NCBI GenBank assembly: GCA_028023455.1
Contig: JAQFVV010000007.1
Coordinates: 7,378,001 to 7,442,000, forward strand
Reading direction: 5' to 3'
Source of the DNA: Epiperipatus broadwayi
Lineage: Eukaryota > Animalia > Onychophora
Length of the DNA: 64,000 bases
The notes below the pieces were generated by a model, which made no database searches, was not told where the DNA came from, and saw only the letters and a program-made list of their open reading frames with translations. The translations under genes and the position numbers were made by a program. Shown here in pieces: positions 51,788 to 64,000 of the stretch; within the stretch, counting starts at the first letter, position 1; each line of letters begins with the position of its first letter.

Positions 51788-54150
51788 TAAACTTACACAT
51801 ACACGCGTATTCACGAATATATCAATTGACTATAAACAGCGCCGGGCTAAGTAAACACACACAGGTACAAACTTACAGATATTTATTTATTAATAAATAT
51901 TTAATGAAATACTAAACAAATATGTTCTATTATTTACTTATAACATCGGATTAATATCAATAAATAATGTCGAAATATATTCATAAAAGAAAAAATATTA
52001 AAAATCTAACATGATTTTCAAGAGAATTGTTTTCTTTGAAACAAAATGATATTAATTCACGCATAAGTTTATAAGCATTCTAAATACAAAATAAAATTCT
52101 AAAGATTAATAAGCAAAATCTCTTCTTATATTAGTAATGCATTAGAGGCAAAGCTAATGGGTCAAAACATATTAAAACATTTTAAAAACCTGTAAGCTTT
52201 CTATTAAGTAAACTGATTTTCGCAAAGGAAAAAAATCATATTGGTAAAAAAAAAAGATTGCGTAGACTCGATGTCGACCATATAATGATTTATAGAGAAG
52301 GAAAATCATTTTATCCTAGTCAGTATAAGACGCAAGTATCAAAAACAAGAAAAGATGAAGAGGGGATAGAAAGATATTAAGCTTCCAGTAATGTGGGTCA
52401 CATACAAAACATAGCTTAGAATGAAAAGAAGTTTAAAAAGATTGGATTAGTGGCACTCAATGGCCTCTTCTTAAGTCTAAGAGTCCTTGACAAATAGAAT
52501 AAATAATTTCGTTTTGAACAAATTCCACTGATTCTATTCATCTTTTAGTTTACTTTAATTATTCAAAAACTTTTAAAGAAAAGTATCATGACTGCGAAGG
52601 GAATGCTTCCATTAAAGAGGAAGAAACAGAAAAACAAGCGGTTCTTGGAGAGCAAAATCGAGACAAAAAAGCAATTTTAACACTTAATTTTATTTGTGTT
52701 ACAAGGACTTTAGAAGATATGGGTCTGACTTGAACAAAATACCAGTGATGACTGAATAAACGTTAACACATATATAGTATGTAAAAGATATAGAGATAAT
52801 TACAGGGAACAATATACCCCATTATGTATGTGTACATTTAATTTATGAGCTTGAGACAAAGTATCAAAATACACGTCTACAATACCCATAACATCTGATT
52901 CAAATTCAGGCTATGCACGTCAAAAAAAAAATTCTTGGTCACAAGTTTAAAATTTTAATTTCAGTTAGCTTGCCATTAATGATTGGATAATGGTTTCTAA
53001 CTATTATAAATGAAAGAATAAAGATCAAGATGAATCTGGGTTGGTCAGGCGAATATCAATGCATACATTGTAAAAAATAGATAAATACGATTGATTTTAT
53101 TGCAGCCTTTATAATACACAGGTGGTGAGTTTGCCATATTTCTATAAAACTCTAAATCCATGAATGAATTTATCTTAGTACATACTGGTATATATTGCAA
53201 TTTGAATTACAAGTACCAATATTCTGCACTCATATATCTTTAACACTATCCATTTAAGATAAATATATTATTGATTATTACCAATCATTAATTGAACTCA
53301 AAATTATCACATCATTGTTACACCAGATATAAACTTTAAACCCAGTTTGCTGATTAACATATATGATTTATTTATTATGAGGTATCATTAATCCACACTC
53401 TCAATTTTTATCTTGTATGACAAGACTTGATGGCAAATACTTTATTTATACTTCAAAATTGTAATATTTTGACACAGATAAATACTTAGCACAAATAAAA
53501 CATGAGCAAGAGATTTTGAACTGGACTTAATTAGCACTTACTTATTTAATTTTTTTCAACCCACATCTTGTGAAGTTTGTAATAATAATTCAACATTATT
53601 TTAATGTTTAAAACATTTACTTAATATTATGAAACAACAAATTGAGTTTTTTTTTGTGACAAATTTAAGTTTTCAAATGAAAAATGTTCTAAAAACTATT
53701 ATATGAAATTTAAAAAAAATATAAAAAATGTGAAATACAAAACATCCCATACCAATAATTTTACATTTACTACATCTTTATCATAATGCTATTATAAAAG
53801 AAAATTAACAAAATATTTGTTGAATCAATCCCAATTTTTAAACCTGAACAAATTATTATAAAGTTATAGAAAATCAAAAAGTTATAGAAAATCTATGAAA
53901 TACTTGTCTGAAATTGAAAATTGTATTTATATTTATTAAATTATCATGAAAACTCAAAATCATTGATGTTTGACAGTGTTAAGACCATAATTATCATTGC
54001 TTCTGGTCTAATGTTAGTTCAAGATTTTCAAGTTATATTTTAAAAAGTGAACTATATTTCAAAAATATTTAAGTGAAAACATATATATATATGAATAATC
54101 TTAAACTGCATTCCAAGATATTGTAAAAGACCTAGAAAAAAACAACATGT

Positions 54151-54280
54151 AAGATGGAGTATATAAGGAATTGCGGCTGGGGTGAATATGGAGAAGAGAG
54201 ACTAGAGATCAGAGAAGATGGACAGTACTTGGAGAGATCTTCATCCTGCAGTGAATCAATAATAGTTGATGACGATGATG
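54151..54280 (+). mobile_element. 5'-truncated RTE LINE 3' end (diverged)
   Basis: ggagaagag...ttggagagatcttcatcctgcagtg...gttgatgacgatgatg matches 63540-63665. Confidence 0.8.
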
Positions 54281-54849
54281 AATAATTATAATAAAAATAC
54301 TTTGTAAAAATAATTACAAATAATTAAATACACTAGAAAGTTATGCAATTATTTTTCGTCAATGTTCAAAAGAATAGAATGGGAGATTCTTAATATTCAT
54401 AGTCAAAAATTCAACCAATCAGCAACTTCTAGTGTTGTTGGAATCTTTTAATATTATATTTAGTAGATTCTATTACTAATTTATTAGTTACAACAATCCA
54501 ACGTGCAGTTAAATTCATGTTTTTAGCATAAAATGACTGTAAATAACAACAGAAAAGACTTTAAAAAAAGTGACTTAAAACTGTAGTACAGCAATATCTT
54601 TACTGTATTCTGTGAAAAACTATACTATATACAAAAAGAACTAAGCGGTACTAGTTTAGCATGAAGTTCATCTCAAGGACCATTTGTCTTTTTCACAAGT
54701 GTTTATTTATTTGTTTTATAAATGTGTGGTAGAATTTAAATTTTAAGTACATTTAAAAAAGATAATAAAAAAGGGAGATGAAGTTGGATTAAAGATTATA
54801 TGATTGGTTAAATAAAATATCAACAACAAATAATTATATTATCACTTAT

Positions 54850-55870
54850 GATGTGATGCACTGTGTCTTCTCTTAAACAGAGTCAGGAGTCTCTCAGCAA
54901 CAATGTCCAGAGAAACCTGTTAGCCACTTTACCTTCCCTTTCCATTTCCCACCCTAAGTTTTCCCATAATTTTCTCCATCCCATTTCCAAAACATAATCT
55001 TTGTCAAGTCTATGGTCTTTATATTGAAATCCCCTTTTATATTTTATATTTGTGATGTGATGTATTGTGGCTTCTCCTTAAATGAAATCAAGAATATCTC
55101 AGTAATTATGCCCAGATAATCCTGTTAGCCACTTTATTTTCCATTCCCCACTCTAAATTTTCCCATAATATGCTCTATCCCATTTCCACAACATAATATT
55201 TGTCAACTCTATAACCTTTATATCTAAATTCCCCTTATCTTTTCCAAAACCCAGCATAAAAATCAATAATTCCCTTTCTGTATAATCACTTTTTTCATAT
55301 TTATTCTTCCATAACTTCATTATATGTACCCTTTCTGTTTTCAAGCATTTACATTCAATTAACAAATGCCTAATATTTTCTATTCCTTCCTTACATAATT
55401 TAGAAAATAAATCACCCATATTTTCCCATTTACATGTATATTCTCTTGTAGCTAAAAATCCTGTTCGAACCTTAAACAATAAACTATTTTCCTTACTATT
55501 ATCATATATTAACTCACACCTAATATTCTGTTTATTTCTATATATATTTAAACTCTTTTTACTTTCCATACTATTTCTCCATCTCTCTAACTCTCAGTCT
55601 TTATTAATAAATCTATTCTTTTATCCCATTCCTTACTACTATAACACTCAACAATCCTCTTAACACAATCATCCCAATCTTTTGTACAAATATACTGATA
55701 TAAATTCTTTATCCAAATCTTTTGCTTACTGCATTACCTTTCTCACCCATCTTGTTACCTGCCCTTTATTCATAACCCAATTAAATACTATTTTGGCTAT
55801 TATTTTATTATCCATAAACTGCAATCTACCAAACATTTTCATTTTACTTTTTGTATATCTCATATGAAAA
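54850..55870 (-). mobile_element. Two head-to-tail 3' fragments of a non-LTR element (clade uncertain)
   Basis: ORF 55153..55569 (IYDNSKENSLLFKVRTG...CKEGIENIRHLLIEC, decayed CCHC) plus 3' UTR at 55040-55870; a second diverged 3' end lies at 54850-55035. Confidence 0.8.
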
Positions 55871-57366
55871 CTTGACCATCACATTTCTCCTTGAATTGAT
55901 ATTTTCTTTCATTCCACCTGGTGAGAGTTTTTGAAAATACCCAACCTTTCAATTTTGTAAAAAAATCTTTATTTTATACTAAAACTGAATAAATTGGACT
56001 TTGTCATTTTAATTAAATTTCATAACTGACTAATATTCTAAAATGTCACAGTGGATCTTTTTAAATATTTAAAAACTGATTTGTAAATAAGAACATTGTA
56101 TCATAAACATTATTACCTACATTAATGTAAACATTTTCAAAAAATGACTGAATTATTGTTTTTTTAATGTGAATGAACAAAGGCAGATTTATGATAAATT
56201 TATCAAATTCTGGTATAAAACTGATATTTGCTTTATAACAATATTTGAAAAGATTTTATCACGGTCAATTCTGACAAATAATGATGTAATAGAAGATGTG
56301 GTTTTCTTTCTTTATATTACGGCCAAGTGTATTAACATTAATTTCTAAAAATAAAAGATAAATGAATAGATCAAAATGGTATTTCCATTTGTTTTAAATA
56401 ATAATCAACCAAATAGTGCATAAAAGTTATCAAAAATATTTTATAAAGAAGCAAAAAATCACATATATTTTATTCCATAATCTTTATATGAAAATTAAAA
56501 CAGAAGAAAGTAAACACCCTCTAGGTATTTTTCCTATCATAAACAGTACATAAAGACTTTATATCTTAACTGACTCATCTTAGACCTTAGTTGTCTGTCC
56601 ATAAGAGACTAACTTCTTCAGATGTCTATAAAAATCAATAAAAATAATACAATAGCACTTACATTATACAAAAATGCCTAAATAACAGCTTTTTAAACAG
56701 TGTTAAGTATCGTGCTTTTTAAGAATTAAACAAGCCATGTTTATGAATGAATCTGAAAGTAATCAAGTTAACCTTTAACTGAACTAAATGGGCTAAGAAT
56801 AATAAAATATTTAGCATAATAAATGAATAGTAATAATCATCAATATATTAATCTAAAGTATATGGTGACAAAGTTGTGAGCATAGAAAGTTTGACCCCAT
56901 ATATCAACCTGTAATGACTTATTATTACTAAATACTGAACAAATAATGAAAATATGTGTACAAGGTTCTTATCTAAGCTAACTGAAGATATGAACACATT
57001 TAAAGAGTAATTTATTTTCATCAGATATCCTTATTCATAAATTTTAAAAATGTTTGGTGGAGTGGAAGTTTTAAGTATATCTAAAAAAGATAATAGATTT
57101 GAAAAAAAGATAAAATAGGATTAATTATCCCATATGTTTATATTTAAGTAAAACATAGATTAATTCTACACTAGATTTATATTTTATATCTGGCTAAAAA
57201 ATATAATCTCTTATATAATAAATGATTAGAAATAATCATCAACATATTTATCTGAAGTGGATGGTATCAAAGTTGTTCTATCAAAAACTTGACATCTGTA
57301 AACACACTTATACAAATAGTTTAAAGTTTATACCTAAACTAAGGCTAATAAGATAACCTCTATCCC

Positions 57367-57625
<259 letters not shown>

Positions 57626-60600
57626 TGGTTTACTGGTCATCTGTTTTTTGATATTTAGAGAGTGGAGGATTTTGAGAAGTGAAAACAATACAATAATTTG
57701 TATTAATTAATTTATAATGGCAATACTGTACTGTATGTTTGATCTTTAAATTTATTAAAGTATATAATATACCATTGTAAAAATAAATTTGCTTTAACAT
57801 GGTTTTCAAAATAAAACTTTTAAGACAATTAAGTACATTGAAATCTAATGATCAGAAAACTTTGAAGAGTTGAGTCAATAATAAAAAATTGTTAAACTAA
57901 ACAGAAAATGCACAAAAAATAGGAAATGCAAAATTATATCAAATAGGTCTAGTGCTTGGCAAAACTGGGAAGGACCTTAAATATCTTCTTCAAGGACAAG
58001 TGTCAGCTAATGGTATGTTTTTAGACACCTGGATTTATTGTCAAAATTTTCAATTTGGTGGGAAAGATATACATTGCATAATCAATTTACATTAATTAAC
58101 AAATTTTGATAATGTATGCAATTTATATCCTTTATTTTACATCACAGTTTGGTGTCTTCTACTGAAAGATGTATGACATTGATCCAAAAATAGATTGAAA
58201 AAAAAGATTGTTTTTATTATTACTAATCTATGCTTAACCAGTCTGCCTTGCATTTATTTTCTACCAAAACCTAGTGACAATTTGAGGCAAAAGTTCAAAT
58301 TTTATTTTTCATACCTTTGTCCTTAATAAAATTTAACAAATTCAACTTAATTTATTAGAAATGTAAATTTACAAATTAAAAATTTTCTAAATATTCATAT
58401 TTAGAATCTTCAAAATATTAAAATAATAATACTAATAGCAACAACAAGAACAATTTGAACTGCATTGAATTACCTAATGACAAAATTGACCATTTCCATT
58501 TTCTTCCAATTTTGTTGCTTGAAGTTTCATCTTAAAATCTGAGTGAATAATTATAAAATAATCACAAATCTACCAAACATTGTTCTAAAATAAAAAAAAT
58601 GTATTTATAATTATTAAATTATCATTACAGATTGATTCAGCTGAATTTTGACAATTCATAAATATTACTTTACACTGATGCTTTTTTTATTTTAGTAAAT
58701 TGAAATATTTGTTTACCATACATTTTTTAAAAGAGAAGATATTTCAAAAAAATATAAACATATAAGGATTTGTTTTATATTAATTGTTATAAAAGTATTT
58801 TGTAAAATTAATCATAAATATTTAAATAAAGTCACAAAAAACTGATGTTTCTTCACGGATTGATCAGAAGAATGATGAGATTGTGTTCATATTTGTGTGC
58901 ACCCTAAAATCAAAGAATGGTCATATCCTAAAAATAGACAAAACATGAGATGTTCTTAGAAATCTGCTCTGTAAAATACTGACACCTTCAGAATTTTTTT
59001 GAAGTAATGACTTAGTATTTATGTTAATTCATGTTTTACTAGCAAATTGAATTTGAAGAAAAAAAAATAACTTAAAGAAAATCATTTAACCCTTTCAAAC
59101 TCTGCATTTTCTGACATTTTTCTTTGTCTCATACATCAACATAAAATATAAAATAAAATGATTATTACTTATCTGAAAATAATAAATTTGACTTCATTTG
59201 ATACTTTTGTTTATTACTGAAATAAATTTTAAATGTTCACATTTTGTTTCTGTAAATATTTAAAAAATGAGATTGTAAACGACACAAAGAGTTTAGACAT
59301 CATCGTTTCTAGAAAGATTATTTTCAGTTTGTAAAATCAAAATATTTCTTAATTTTTATTATTTTTAAACATCCAAATGAATAATTATTTATTTCTCTTA
59401 TATTTAATAAATTATGCTTTAAAAGTTTGCATTTTTTGAATATTTATTGCAAAATTGCAATAGTTTCAGACTCATAAATATAAATAGATTGATGACATAT
59501 AAATTAAGCTTGTAAACTGCTTCAGGCCATGCTTAGATTTGCTGCTAATATAACATTATATTTTTGAAAATAAAGTATTTCAAGTGAAAATAAGTTATTA
59601 ATAATTTATATTTCTTGATATATAGTAAATATAGTGTAAATAATTTTTTAGATAATCTAAAACTGTAATAAATTCACAAATAAACAAGTTTTTGATCATT
59701 GAAACTATTTACATTAAACAATGTCATAAAACACGAATGTTTTACAGACTTGGCAACATACAATGACTGAACATGTCAGGGCTGGACTTATGTCTATTGT
59801 AAGAGGGGGAATTTTGAATTTCCCATCTTCTATGATAAATTTTCCAACAAAAATTTATTATAATAAAATATAGCATTTAACACACATTTTAATACTCATA
59901 TAATACTTATGAAAAAATTCACCAGGAAGCGATTTGGTCAAAAGTTGAAATTCTGTCATCCTGCTAAATCGAAAGGTTAAAAAAATTGTGCCCAGTTCCA
60001 TCATAGTGTACTGTCAAAAATGTCACTGTTTTCAAGATTATTAATAATTTAAAAAAAAAAAAAAACAAGAAACATAAAATAGAACTCATCCTGGTACTTT
60101 TTGATTATAGTACAACAGTTAATTTAGATCAAATGATGATAGCAATAAGATTAATTAAAAATAGTCATCTTGAGACTTTTATTAAGAAAGTTAATAAACA
60201 CAATGAAAATAAGATTACATCTAAAAAAAGTATGAAAGAAAAAGCATGAAGTGAATGATAATTAATAAAATGGTTTACTGGTCAAGAGTTCATAAAAAAC
60301 TCAAATACTGGCAGTGATACAATCCATAGACCTTAAACTTCAGAATATGCCATTTTACCATTGCACCAAATCAATCATGGCAACAAATCCATCTTCAGCA
60401 CTATCAGTTGTCAAGTATTTACACATCCTAGTAATCAACTACACCTAATAAGCTTAACTTTGGTGGTCAGATGAAAATCAGTGGATTCAATATAGAATGA
60501 TTGCATAATGAAGACATAAATATTATTCAGAATTTTTGCCTCCTTTAGTTATTTGTAGATAGAAAAAAAGATTTAACTTAAATTAATGCTGGATGAGTTT

Positions 60601-61114
60601 ACAATGTTTAGCTTGATATATATTTTGAGATGAAAGACACAGTTTTAAAAATAAAAATTTCAAGTTATGTTGTTTCATGTATGAATGTAAAAATTGGACA
60701 TTTAAGAAACAAAATGATTAGTCAAAATTTTCATACTTTTGAACTGTTACAATGGCAAACACTTTTTGACAATACAATTGGTAGCCAAAAAACAAAGAAA
60801 TGATTATTTGATGTGATAATATGTTGAACTATTTCCATCATTTATCAGTAAATATTGAATGTTTAAAAAATTGTAAACTTTATTTAAACTTTTCAAATAC
60901 AAACAAATAGATGACACACATTAATAATTACACATTTTGAGTTGTATTATTCTCAATTCTTCTTCCAGTTTTGCTAGCCTAACCAAATGACTATTATCAC
61001 ATATAATTATTTGATCTGATTAAATTGAAGCAGTGCACTTCAAATACAAACAAGCAAGTTAAAATAGTTGTAATTTGATTATACTATAAGATATTTTGAT
61101 TCATTAATTAAGGG

Positions 61115-63666
61115 TATAGTATTAGATAGATACCAAAGGCAGATAATCCAGGTTTATGCCCCAACAAGTTCCGATAGTGATGAAGTAGTAGAAGATTTTT
61201 ATATGGATGTACAAAAGGCATTTGATCAGAGTAAACAACAATTTAAAATTATTATGGGAGACTTTAATGCTAGAATTGGTAAACAAATAAAAGTGCTTTA
61301 GGTAAATTTGATTATGGTAATAGAAATGAGAGAGGACATAGACTTGTGGAGTTTGCAGAAAAAGAAAAACTTTATATTATGAATTCTTTTTTTGAGAAAA
61401 AGGTTAAAAGGAAATGGACATGGAAGCATCCAAATGAAGGTATAGTAGAATTGGATTATATTTTGACTAACAGAAAATACATATTTCAAGATTGTAATGT
61501 TCTTAATAAATTTAACACAGAAAGTGATCGTCGATTAGTAAGATGTAAGATAGATGTTAATGCAAAACTAAAAAGAGAAAAATAATTAAGAAAAACAATA
61601 ATTACAGTTGATATTCCTAATCTTCAGAAACATTGTAATGAATTTAAATTAGAACTTACAAATTGGTTTCAAGTATTAGTAGATTTTTGAACATGATTCA
61701 GATTTGAATGAAATTAATATGAAAATAACTGATACAATTTTAAAAACTGCAACAAAGATAGCTGGTAGAAAAAAGCAGCAATTGACCACTAAAATTTCTA
61801 CTGAGACTAGATAATTTTTGAAGAAAAGAAGGAATATGAAGATATACAAAAATGATGCATTAAAAAAGATTTAATATCTCAAATTTTGGTAAAATGATGC
61901 GGAAAATAGTTGAAAATGATATAAGAAAGTATAATTGTGAACTAGCAAGAAAAGCTGTAGAAGAGAATAAAAGTCTAAAGAATGTAAAACAACATTTTGG
62001 TATTGGTAGGAAATTTATATCTGCAATAAGAAAAAAAGATGGAATTATTACTAAAAAGAGAGATGACATCATGAAATGTGTAGAAGACTTCTATCAAGAA
62101 TTATATAATAATAAAGAACAAGTACCTCCTATACCTATTATATCTGCTGAATTGCCCAGAATTTTGAATGAGGAAGTGAGACATACAATTAAATTTATGA
62201 AGAAAAAGAAGGCTCCAGGTAATGATGGAAGTATCATTGATATATTAAAAGAAGCAGGTGAAGAAATATACATTTTTTTAGCAAAGTTATATTCCCCATG
62301 TCTAAATGATAATGATGTACCAGGTGATTGGAAGAATGCAGTATTAATAATAATATTTAAAAAAGGTGATAAAGAAGATATTAGAAATTACAGATCTATC
62401 AGTCTTTTATCAGTTTTATACAAAATTTTTACTAAGCTAATTACAACTCGTATACTGAGAACACTGGACTTCCACCAGCCAAGAGAACAAGCTGGATTTA
62501 AAAGTGGTTTTAGTACAGTAGATCATATCCAGGTATTGAGAGAAGTTATAGAAAAAACAAATGAATATGAGTTGCCATTATGCTTAGGATTTGTAGACTA
62601 TGAAAAGGCATTTGATTTTATAAACATTTCTTTGGTGATTAAAGCATTGGATCATCAAGGTATAGATTCAGGATATTGTCATATTTTAAAGAATATTTAT
62701 AAAAATGCAACAGCAACAAGTAGATTACATAATGATAGTAGGAAAGTCAATATTGAGAAGGGTGTAAGACAGGGTGACTCCATATCTCCAAAACTTTTTA
62801 CAGCAGTGCTGCAAGAAATATTTTGTGGAATAAAATGGGAAGCTAAAGGAGTGAAAGTAAATGGAGATTATTTAAGTCATTTAGATTTTGCAGATGATGT
62901 AGCTGTTTTTTGCAAGTAATGCTTTAGAGTCACAGGAAATGTTGCAGGAGTTATCAGATAAAAGTAAGAAAGTAAGACTAAAGATAAATGTTAAAAAGAC
63001 TAAAGTAATGTTTAATACATTTTCTCAAGATATGAAAATAAAGATTGATTATGATGAATTAGAAGAAGTTAACAGTTTTCAAATACCTTGGTCAGATTAT
63101 TAATACAGGTGGAAACATAATGGATGAAATTAATCATAGAATTAAACTTGGTTGGAATGCTTTTGATAGAAATAACTTGATACTAAAAGGAAATATGCCT
63201 ATGTGTTTGAAAGAGGTTTTTAATAAATGTGTTTTGCCATTTCTTACTTATGGATCTGAGACTTACACACTTAATAGAAGAGCAATACAAAGACTTCAGA
63301 CCACTCAAAGAAGTATGGAGAGATGCATATCAGGAGTAACAAGAAGAGATCAAAAATGCAATGTATGGGTAAGAGAACAAACAGGTCTTACTGATCTCCT
63401 TGAAAAAATTAAAAGACTGAAGTGGAGTTGGGCTGGACATATTTCTAGAAGAGATGATAATAGATGGACAATTGAAATTTTAAACTGGATTCCAAGAGAT
63501 TGTAAAAGACCCAGAAAGTGACCACATGTGAGATGGATGGATGAAATAAGAAAGTGTGCTGGGGTGATGTGGAGAAGAGAAGCTAAAGATCAGAAAAGAT
63601 GTACTGAACTTGGAGAAACCTTCATCCTGCAGTGGATTGATAATGGTTGATGATGATGATGATGAT
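61115..63666 (+). mobile_element. 5'-truncated RTE LINE (partial endonuclease, full RT, 3' UTR, (GAT)n tail), disrupted ORF2
   Basis: IQVYAPTS, GDFNARIG, SDRRLV, REQAGFKSGFSTVDHI, VDYEKAFD, GVRQGDSISPKLF, LDFADD, LTYGSETY, WSWAGHISR; ORFs 61346..61585, 61894..62919 and 63120..63521. Confidence 0.95.
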
Positions 63667-63727
63667 TAGATAGATTAGAAATTTATACACATAAAAAAAT
63701 TCTAAACAGCAATTAAATACATGAAGT

Positions 63728-63951
<224 letters not shown>

Positions 63952-64000
63952 TATGTGCTTAAAACAAAATACAAATAATAGGCAATTCTAAAAAAAATAA

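Noticed and set aside
59086-59980. piggyBac-like element (TTAACCCTTTC ... GAAAGGTTAA)
   Set aside because: Only about 10 bp of imperfect inverted match in AT-rich DNA, with no further support.

Overview
Very AT-rich, CpG-depleted eukaryotic DNA, probably invertebrate (species cannot be determined). No intact protein-coding gene, rRNA, true tRNA gene or CRISPR array is supportable. The window is mostly decayed mobile elements: RTE-clade LINEs (near-complete 3' portion at 61.1-63.7 kb, an internal fragment at 41.7-43.2 kb, a BovB-like relic at 35.0-38.3 kb, several short 3' ends), L1/Tx1-like and other LINE tails, a Penelope-like (PLE) RT relic (about 10.1-11.25 kb, minus), an internally deleted Ty3/gypsy element with ATAG target-site duplication (26431-30073) nested in one copy of a ~2 kb local duplication, a gypsy integrase relic, a pogo/Tc1-type MITE, tRNA-derived SINE heads and long trinucleotide microsatellites. 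The most interesting signal is not in the ORF track: a dispersed non-coding repeat carrying two different minimal type I hammerhead-ribozyme motifs (CTGANGA-stemII-GAAA-palindromic stem III-UH), one with a compensatory change in stem I, plus further hammerhead-like relics. Three fold-back structures have their symmetry axis about 19-26 nt 5' of the ribozyme core. This resembles a retrozyme-like non-autonomous partner of Penelope-like elements. All alignments and motif matches were done by eye; no database searches were run.
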